DNA from: Thermoplasmatota archaeon
GTDB taxonomy: Archaea > Thermoplasmatota > JAKEGO01
Direction of reading: 5' to 3'
Length of the DNA stretch: 64,000 nucleotides
Assembly (NCBI GenBank): GCA_028279595.1
Contig: JANQNK010000013.1
Span: forward strand, 32,001 to 96,000
The notes beneath the pieces were generated by a model that searched no databases, was not told where the DNA came from, and saw only the letters and a program-made list of their open reading frames with translations. The position numbers and the translations under genes are program-made. Position 1 is the first letter of the stretch, and every line of letters starts with the position of its first letter. Below are positions 58,110 through 64,000 of this stretch, one piece after another.

Positions 58110-58652
58110 TCAATCGATAGAAAATCTGATATAATGGAGTACTAAACAAATCGATTTATTAACAGATTGACTCAAACCATCCTGCCTACAAACCGCCTCC
58201 GGCTGAACTGCCACAACCCGAATCCGCTTCACAGGCAACTCATCTAGCTTGATCATCATCTTGATCGTCTCGATCACATCGAACGAATGCATCGAGATCC
58301 CAGTCCCCGTCGACTCCACCTCATCCGGATCGAAGGTCACAACTTCCCCAACCTCACCTCCGAAATCAATGGCATCCACGACAATGGCTTCATCGTATCC
58401 TTCCATGTCGTAGATCGCCCTCAGCATCGACGTGCCGGAGTCAAATGCCTCGATTAGGACCTCCTCGACGCCCGTTTCCACCGACTCGTCGAGAAGCCCC
58501 TCCTTTCGAAGGATCCCGGGTAGGTCAACGGCTCCGGTCGCCTCTCCGCGGTCCGGCACTCCCATCTCATGAAGCTTCCTGATCACGTACGGGCCGATGC
58601 CGTCGTCGCCCATGAGCTCGTTGCCGACGCCTACGATGCAGATCCTCTTCAT
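58110..58652 (-). CDS. Hydrogenase maturation endopeptidase
   Basis: GVGNELMGDDGIG, DSGT, IVVDA and SMH motifs. Confidence 0.92.
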   Translation of the reverse strand: MKRICIVGVGNELMGDDGIGPYVIRKLHEMGVPDRGEATGAVDLPGILRKEGLLDESVETGVEEVLIEAFDSGTSMLRAIYDMEGYDEAIVVDAIDFGGEVGEVVTFDPDEVESTGTGISMHSFDVIETIKMMIKLDELPVKRIRVVAVQPEAVCRQDGLSQSVNKSICLVLHYIRFSID

Positions 58653-58736
58653 GCAATGCCTCCAATCCCATTGTTGTATATTAACCCGGTCACTGTACGG
58701 TCTCGATCATTACCGAAAACCTATTGAGCTTCACAT

Positions 58737-58946
58737 TTGTTGGATTCAATGATGGTCGTGAGTCGAAGTGGATTGATCGGTGTGATTTTCATATCCGCGA
58801 TTAGTCTGTTGATTTGCTGCATCATATTATTCATTATTGGTTATCACATCGGATGCATTACCGCCTTCATTGGTCTCTGGGTGATCTTCAATATAGTGAC
58901 CTACCAGCTGGAATTGAGGAAGGCCGATCTCAGAAAGAGGAATTAA
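58737..58946 (+). CDS. Small hypothetical two-TM membrane protein
   Basis: Two hydrophobic helices and a basic C-terminus. Confidence 0.5.
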   Translation: MLDSMMVVSRSGLIGVIFISAISLLICCIILFIIGYHIGCITAFIGLWVIFNIVTYQLELRKADLRKRN

Positions 58947-58986
58947 TTTTTACTGAACTAAAAGAGAAGGAATGAAAAACAAAATT

Positions 58987-59009
58987 GCGGAGGGCTTGTC
59001 GCCCTCCGC
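58987..59009 (-). terminator. Hairpin terminator after the hydrogenase operon (possibly bidirectional)
   Basis: GCGGAGGGC-TTGTC-GCCCTCCGC, followed on the - strand by AATTTTGTTTTT. Confidence 0.7.
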
Positions 59010-59031
59010 GTTTGTGTGTGGGTTTTCGCGT

Positions 59032-60351
59032 CTACTTCCTGTCCCAGATCACTTTCGTGAAGTGGGTGGAGCAGGAGATGCACGGGTCGTACGCGCGTAC
59101 GAGCATCTCGCACAGGAGCTCCATCTTCGCGTCGCCTACGTCCATGAACTGGGGAACGAGCTTCTCCAGGTCCAGCTGGATGTTGGCGTGGTTCTGGTTC
59201 GTCGGAATGACGCAGTTCGCCTTCGTGCAGAGGCCGTTCGAGTCGTAGGTGTAGTCGTGTATGAGGATACCTCTGGGCACCTCAACGACTCCTACGCCCT
59301 GTCCAGCCTTGACGTCTATGTCCGGGCTGTGGTACGGCGACTGCGGCTCGAGTCCGCGGGCGTCGATCTTGTCGATCAGTCCGATGGTGTCCTCGACGCT
59401 GTGGACGACCTCCACGAGCTGCGCGATGCTGTTCATGTACGGGTTGTAGCAGATCTCGGGTCCGAGGTCGAACATACCTGCGACGGTCTTCGCCAGGGGC
59501 GAAAGCTTGTCGTAGTTCAGGTTCACCCGGGCGAGCGCACCAGCGAAGTACGAGTCCATCGCGTTCTTGGCGTGCTTCGCGGTCGAGTGCGGCACGATGA
59601 ACTCGTGCACGAACTCGAGGTAGTCCTGGTCGTCGATGCGTCCCGCAACGGTCGATCCGATGTCACCATCGTAGAGCGCGAACTCGTCGTCCGCAACGAG
59701 GCCGATGTATTCGGTCTCCCTGGTGAAGTCGGGTATCGCCCCTGCAAGGGACTTCACGACGCCAGCGACGGCCTTGAGGTCGTCGACCGATCCTGCTAGG
59801 TCGTCCTTCAGCTGATACAGCTCATCCATGGTCGGGATCTTCGAGAAACCTCCCGGGATGATCCTCTGCGGATGGGTCGTCCTTCCGCATATCAGATCGG
59901 ACATGTCGTTCGCGAGCCTGTGCAGCCTGATGACCGTCTTGACCTCCTCGGGATGCGAGTCCACGAGTGGTATGACGGACCCTACGCCGGCGAGGTCCGG
60001 TAGGACCAGGTATCCGACGTGGAGCACGTGGCTCTGAAGGTTCTCCGCGTGGATGGCTATCCTGCGAAGCAGGGCGTCCTGTTCCGATATCTCGATGTCC
60101 ATCGCGGCCTCCGTGGCCTTGACGGAGGACAGGGTGTGTCCTATCGAGCAGATCCCGCAGATCCTCGAGGTTATGTGGTGGAGCTCCTTGTAGCTCCGTC
60201 CCACGACCATCGCCTCGAAGAAACGGGGCGCCTCGGGGACCTCCCAGAGCACCTTCTCGACGTTTCCTTCTCTCACCTTCACGTGTATGTTCCCGTGTCC
60301 CTCGACACGGGTTATGTGGTGGACGTTGACGTCCAGGTTCGTTCCGTTCAT
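59032..60351 (-). CDS. hydA: Group 3b [NiFe]-hydrogenase (sulfhydrogenase) large alpha subunit
   Basis: TRVEGHG, PRFFE, L1 RICGICS, EVPRG and L2 RAYDPCISCSTH plus a cleavable C-terminal tail. Confidence 0.95.
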   Translation of the reverse strand: MNGTNLDVNVHHITRVEGHGNIHVKVREGNVEKVLWEVPEAPRFFEAMVVGRSYKELHHITSRICGICSIGHTLSSVKATEAAMDIEISEQDALLRRIAIHAENLQSHVLHVGYLVLPDLAGVGSVIPLVDSHPEEVKTVIRLHRLANDMSDLICGRTTHPQRIIPGGFSKIPTMDELYQLKDDLAGSVDDLKAVAGVVKSLAGAIPDFTRETEYIGLVADDEFALYDGDIGSTVAGRIDDQDYLEFVHEFIVPHSTAKHAKNAMDSYFAGALARVNLNYDKLSPLAKTVAGMFDLGPEICYNPYMNSIAQLVEVVHSVEDTIGLIDKIDARGLEPQSPYHSPDIDVKAGQGVGVVEVPRGILIHDYTYDSNGLCTKANCVIPTNQNHANIQLDLEKLVPQFMDVGDAKMELLCEMLVRAYDPCISCSTHFTKVIWDRK

Positions 60352-61085
60352 TGATCTCCCTCCCATCCGAAATAGGTCTGGAAGTTCTTGATCACCTCAT
60401 CGGGTGTGAGGCCGTGCGCTTCCAGGACCTCCATGTGGGCGTTCTTCTCCGGGTCGTCTATCAGACCGCGGCAACCCCAGCATTTGGTCCCCTCGTTAAC
60501 GCAGCAAGAATTGCAGCCGGCACGGGTCACGGGACCCACACAGACCTCGCCCCTGTCGAAGGCGCATACGTTCTCGTTCTTCTTGCACTCGACGCAGATC
60601 GGGTAGTTCGGTATGTCGGGCGTCCTCCCGAGCAGGAGGGTCTTCACGACATGCAGGAACTCGTCCCTGTCGATCGGGCAGCCAGGCACGGCGGCCTCTA
60701 TCGGGATGACAGCGCTGATCGGCCTCGCCTTGTAGGTGTCGAACCAGTCAGCCTTGTCGCCGTAGACCTCCGCCCTGTACCAGGCGGGGTCGAGGTGGTT
60801 CTTGAGGCTGTTGATACCGCCGATGGCGGCACAGGAGCCGATCGCTATGACGATCGATGCGCATTCGCGGATGTGCTTGAGCTTCTCCTCGTCCTCCGGC
60901 CTCGTGCACGAGCCCTCGACGATCGCGATGTCGTAATCGTCGGTGCGCTCCTTCATCGCCTCGCGGAAGGTGACCACTTCGACGTGACCGAGGAGCCCCA
61001 GAAGGGATTCCTCGAGGTTAACGATCTGAAGCTCGTCGCCCTCGCAGCCGGCGAAGTCGAATATTGCCACGCGTGGTTTGCTCAT
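60348..61085 (-). CDS. hydD: Group 3b [NiFe]-hydrogenase small delta subunit
   Basis: CEGD, VEGS, IGSCAAIGG, PGCPI, CVECK...C...CVGPVTRAGC...C...CWGCRG. Confidence 0.93.
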   Translation of the reverse strand: MSKPRVAIFDFAGCEGDELQIVNLEESLLGLLGHVEVVTFREAMKERTDDYDIAIVEGSCTRPEDEEKLKHIRECASIVIAIGSCAAIGGINSLKNHLDPAWYRAEVYGDKADWFDTYKARPISAVIPIEAAVPGCPIDRDEFLHVVKTLLLGRTPDIPNYPICVECKKNENVCAFDRGEVCVGPVTRAGCNSCCVNEGTKCWGCRGLIDDPEKNAHMEVLEAHGLTPDEVIKNFQTYFGWEGDQ

Positions 61086-62977
61086 TCTAACGCCTCCGGT
61101 ACATCCTTGATGTCAGCATAGTTGAACACAGGACCCTCCTGGCAGACGTAGATGCCATTCATCTGGCAGTGTCCGCACTTGCCGACGCCGCACTTCATCC
61201 GCCTCTCGAGGGACACGATGATCTTGTCGTCCGGAACACCCTTCTCCTTCAGGCTCTTGATGACGAACCGGTACATGATCGGCGGTCCAACGACGATGCA
61301 GTACGTGTCCTCGGCATCGATGTCGACGCCCGGTATGAGCGTCGTGATGACGCCGACGTTACCCTCCCAGGTGTCCTCCTCGGTGCAGGAGTCGACGGTC
61401 ATGCGGTGGTCGATGTCGTCGCGCGCGTCCCAGTCGGCAACCTCGTTGCCGAAGAGCATCTCGCCGGGCACCTTGCATCCGTAGAGGATCTTCACATCGG
61501 CGTAGTCCGCCCTGTTGTCGAGGACGAAGTTGAAGAACGACCTCAGCGGAGCGAGTCCGAGACCGCCTGCGATGAACAGGAGGTTCTTGCCCTTGAAGAA
61601 CTCGGTGTCGAAGCCGACGCCGAACGGTCCGCGTATCCCGACCTTGTCGCCGACCTCGAGAGCATGGAGCTTCGTGGTGACGTTCCCGATCTTGCGGACA
61701 CACAGTTCGAAGGTCCCGCGGTGGGTGGGCGACGAAGACACCGATATCGGAGCCTCGCCGATGCCGAAGGCGGAAACCTCGACGAACTGACCGGGCTGGT
61801 GGCCCAGTTCCGAGCCGTCGTCGAGCTTGAGCTCGAGGACCATCTCGGTGGTTCCCATCGCGGTCTTGTTGACGACCGTCGCGTTCCTCGGGACGAAGGA
61901 GTACTCCTCTCCCGGGGATATCTCGGCGGGTGTCGACTCGATGGCCTGGGGTTTCGTATCAGCGACCGCCCAGAGGTCGTTGAAGACCTTGACAGGGTCC
62001 GCGATGTCGGGGAGACACTGTGACGAGCAGCGGCCGCAGCCGACACAGGCGGTGAAGCCGAAGCGCTCGTTGAGATAGTCTCCCTTCTTGTTGTAACGGT
62101 GCCTGTAGCGTGCAGCCTTCGTCCCGCGGAAGTTCTCGCCGGACGCGACCGAGGCGAAGTCCTCGATCAGGCAGCCGTCCCAGGTCCTGTAGCGCTCTCC
62201 GCCCTTCAGGTCGAGGTCGGCCTCGTCCTTGACGTCGAAGCAGTAACAGGTCGGACAGACCAGCACGCAGGAGCCGCACTTGAGGCACTTCTCGGAGTGC
62301 TCCTCCCAGAACGCCTCGTTCCCGTAGTGGGCCCGAAGCAGCGCCGGGATCGCGGCGGCATCGAAGTCCAGGGATTTACCAACGGGTGCGGAGTAGCTCG
62401 AGCAAGCAGCCTGCTCCTCCCCGTTCGCTTCCCTGAGTGCAGCGCCGTGTGTCAGGAGCAGGTTCTCGCCCTTCGAGGAACCGACCTCAACCGCGTACGA
62501 ACCGCCGAGGTCCGTTAGCATGATGTCGTACCCGTCAGAGACGCTCTCCGCGCCCATCGAGGCAGCGAAGTTCCACTCCGAAGTGTTCACAGCGTTCATT
62601 CCGATGATCACCGCGGCCTCACGCTTCTTCATATAGTATGGGTCAGCGTTCGATTCCGCGAACACGGCGTCCATCTGCTGCAGTGCAGCGATATCGTACG
62701 GATGGACACCGATGATCACCATCGGCTCAACATCGACGACGCTCTGCGCAGAATCGTTCGTTCGATCGAAACGCAGGAGCGTTTCCCGCTGCGGGAAGAA
62801 GTACTTCTTCGGCGGCAGCAGGGTCACGTCGTAATCCAGGCGCAATTCGTCCGCAGTGCCGAGATCGCCGAAGGCGAAGGCATTTCCCTTCTCCTTGACC
62901 CCTACGACCTTGCTGGAACCATCCTGGATCATCCCATTCACGAAACTCGTGAAATCTCCCTTTGAGATGACTTTCAT
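61082..62977 (-). CDS. Fused beta (4Fe-4S) and gamma (FAD/NAD(P), 2Fe-2S) subunits of group 3b hydrogenase
   Basis: CLKCGSCVLVCPTCYCF and CVGCGRCSSQC, then PGQF, GEAPISVSS, RGPFG, AGGLGLAPLRS and ERRMKCGVGKCGHC...C in one ORF. Confidence 0.92.
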   Translation of the reverse strand: MKVISKGDFTSFVNGMIQDGSSKVVGVKEKGNAFAFGDLGTADELRLDYDVTLLPPKKYFFPQRETLLRFDRTNDSAQSVVDVEPMVIIGVHPYDIAALQQMDAVFAESNADPYYMKKREAAVIIGMNAVNTSEWNFAASMGAESVSDGYDIMLTDLGGSYAVEVGSSKGENLLLTHGAALREANGEEQAACSSYSAPVGKSLDFDAAAIPALLRAHYGNEAFWEEHSEKCLKCGSCVLVCPTCYCFDVKDEADLDLKGGERYRTWDGCLIEDFASVASGENFRGTKAARYRHRYNKKGDYLNERFGFTACVGCGRCSSQCLPDIADPVKVFNDLWAVADTKPQAIESTPAEISPGEEYSFVPRNATVVNKTAMGTTEMVLELKLDDGSELGHQPGQFVEVSAFGIGEAPISVSSSPTHRGTFELCVRKIGNVTTKLHALEVGDKVGIRGPFGVGFDTEFFKGKNLLFIAGGLGLAPLRSFFNFVLDNRADYADVKILYGCKVPGEMLFGNEVADWDARDDIDHRMTVDSCTEEDTWEGNVGVITTLIPGVDIDAEDTYCIVVGPPIMYRFVIKSLKEKGVPDDKIIVSLERRMKCGVGKCGHCQMNGIYVCQEGPVFNYADIKDVPEALE

Positions 62978-63148
62978 TCCACATCCTCCTCGCTCTACGA
63001 TTTGGGTAAGTTCCAAAATAGGGGAAACCTATAAAATGGTTGTGCAGAGGCCGAAGGTCGATATACGATAATGGAAAGCCGGAACTACCTACCTCTCCTT
63101 TTCATTACCTTAAACGAGGTTAATTGTTGTCCCGTTGTCTATTACAGT

Positions 63149-63598
63149 CTAGTATTGCCAATTTCGGAGTACGCTCTTGATAACTGTCGGGACCTTCAAA
63201 AGGTCCGGGCCGAGCGATACCCGGTAGTTCGCCTTGTCGTGATAGGCGTAGGAGAGCTCCCCCACGCGGAAACCTCCGATCAGGATGGTCGCGTCCGGCA
63301 GTCCTCCGAGCTCGGAGAGGTCGTCCCTTCCGTCGGGGGTCATTGCGATCAACGGGTGCTCGAGGAGGTCGTCGAGGGTCCCCGGGACCGCCCTTTCCGA
63401 GACGTAATCGATGAAGGTCTGGACATCGTCGAACCTCTCGTGCCTTGGCACCTCGAAGACATGTCCGTCCTCCGTGTGCACGGAAAGGTCGAAATCATGG
63501 TCCCTGAGAAGCTGTGCCGCGCTGAAGGGGATCTCCCAGTCGTCCCCATGTGCGGGAGGTATCGAGACCGTAGTGTTCCCTAGGACGATACGCGGCAT
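63149..63598 (-). CDS. Short, divergent Nep1/Emg1-like SPOUT-fold protein
   Basis: LSVHTEDG.VFEVPR..RF, ILIGGF..GE and VSLGPDLL resemble Nep1 motifs. Start at MPRIV (63598). Confidence 0.5.
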   Translation of the reverse strand: MPRIVLGNTTVSIPPAHGDDWEIPFSAAQLLRDHDFDLSVHTEDGHVFEVPRHERFDDVQTFIDYVSERAVPGTLDDLLEHPLIAMTPDGRDDLSELGGLPDATILIGGFRVGELSYAYHDKANYRVSLGPDLLKVPTVIKSVLRNWQY

Positions 63599-63649
63599 CG
63601 TTATCCTTACGACCACAAAGCTAATGGATTTTTCCCCTTTCGTTGACGA

Positions 63650-64000
63650 TCGACGGGTTGAACAGGGATCTGACTGTGATGATGCTTCGCAAGTCAGAAT
63701 CCGTTTGAACGGACCGGGCCGTTCAACCGCAGCCGCCGGGACCGGACGTCGATAGAAATTGACGAGAAGCGAGACGTCCGGGACAGTCGATTCCGGAGGG
63801 ATCGACGTATGAAAGCAGATTTCCGCACCATCCTTCGTGGAGTCCTTGAATTGACGTGAGAAGGATGGTGCAAGCACCGGGATTTGACTGTGATGATGCT
63901 CCGCATCATCCAGGCTCGCGAATGGTCGATTCATGCTTACTTCATTCGCGACCACCCGGTCCAGTCTCGGGTTCGAAACCCGAGCACCATTCCCTGCATC
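63650..64000 (+). ncRNA. Candidate structured non-coding RNA or rRNA precursor spacer; probably continues beyond the window
   Basis: At least eight consecutive 6-12 bp inverted repeats and a 27-nt direct repeat containing box D'/C'-like motifs. Strand is inferred. Confidence 0.6.

Larger units (their letters stand above)
53355..58190. other. AT-rich island (Lrp regulator plus subtilase), probably horizontally acquired
   Basis: Abrupt shift to A/T-rich sequence and A/T-ending codons, most marked at 54180-58190. No integrase or transposase seen; boundaries approximate. Confidence 0.75.

Noticed and set aside
53355-58190. Transposon or provirus call for the AT-rich island
   Set aside because: No integrase, transposase, terminal repeats or viral genes were found by eye.
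63599-63955. N-terminal 119 codons of the ORF-track 63149..63955 ORF
   Set aside because: Overlaps the structured non-coding region and is not protein-like; start moved to 63598.
63863-63995. tRNA or tRNA-Sec-like shape: T-arm TCGGG-TTCGAAA-CCCGA and a 9-bp GGATGGTGC/GCACCATTC stem
   Set aside because: About 130 nt with no recognisable D arm, anticodon arm or intron junction. Treated as part of the larger structured element.
1-64000. Numerous long overlapping alternative-frame and antisense ORFs in the track
   Set aside because: Typical shadows of GC-rich genes, rich in Arg/Pro/Ser and lacking family motifs.

Overview
A GC-rich archaeal chromosomal window. SRP RNA, tgtA, dph5, pcc1, scpB and archaeal BRE/TATA promoters point to an archaeon, and gene content suggests an uncultured Thermoplasmatota-like anaerobic peptide degrader (inference). 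It carries peptide catabolism genes (PepT, M18 aminopeptidase, fused 5-oxoprolinase, and an S8 subtilase in a clearly AT-rich island). Its redox block comprises SdhAB without a membrane anchor, a coupled NuoEFG(Bfu-like)-NfnAB operon, and a group 3b [NiFe]-hydrogenase with fused beta-gamma subunits. It also has two giant paralogous surface proteins and several housekeeping genes. The most unusual signals are: (1) a densely structured, internally repeated non-coding region at the right edge; (2) a bipartite element shared by two divergent intergenic regions; (3) a winged-helix paralog with an in-frame TGA next to a CxxC, absent from the ORF track; (4) the five-gene operon with two probable bifurcating modules; (5) an extra UUCG hairpin in the SRP RNA Alu domain; (6) candidate non-AUG starts. 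No CRISPR array, transposase, integrase, tRNA or rRNA was seen. All family calls come from motif recognition by eye, not database searches.
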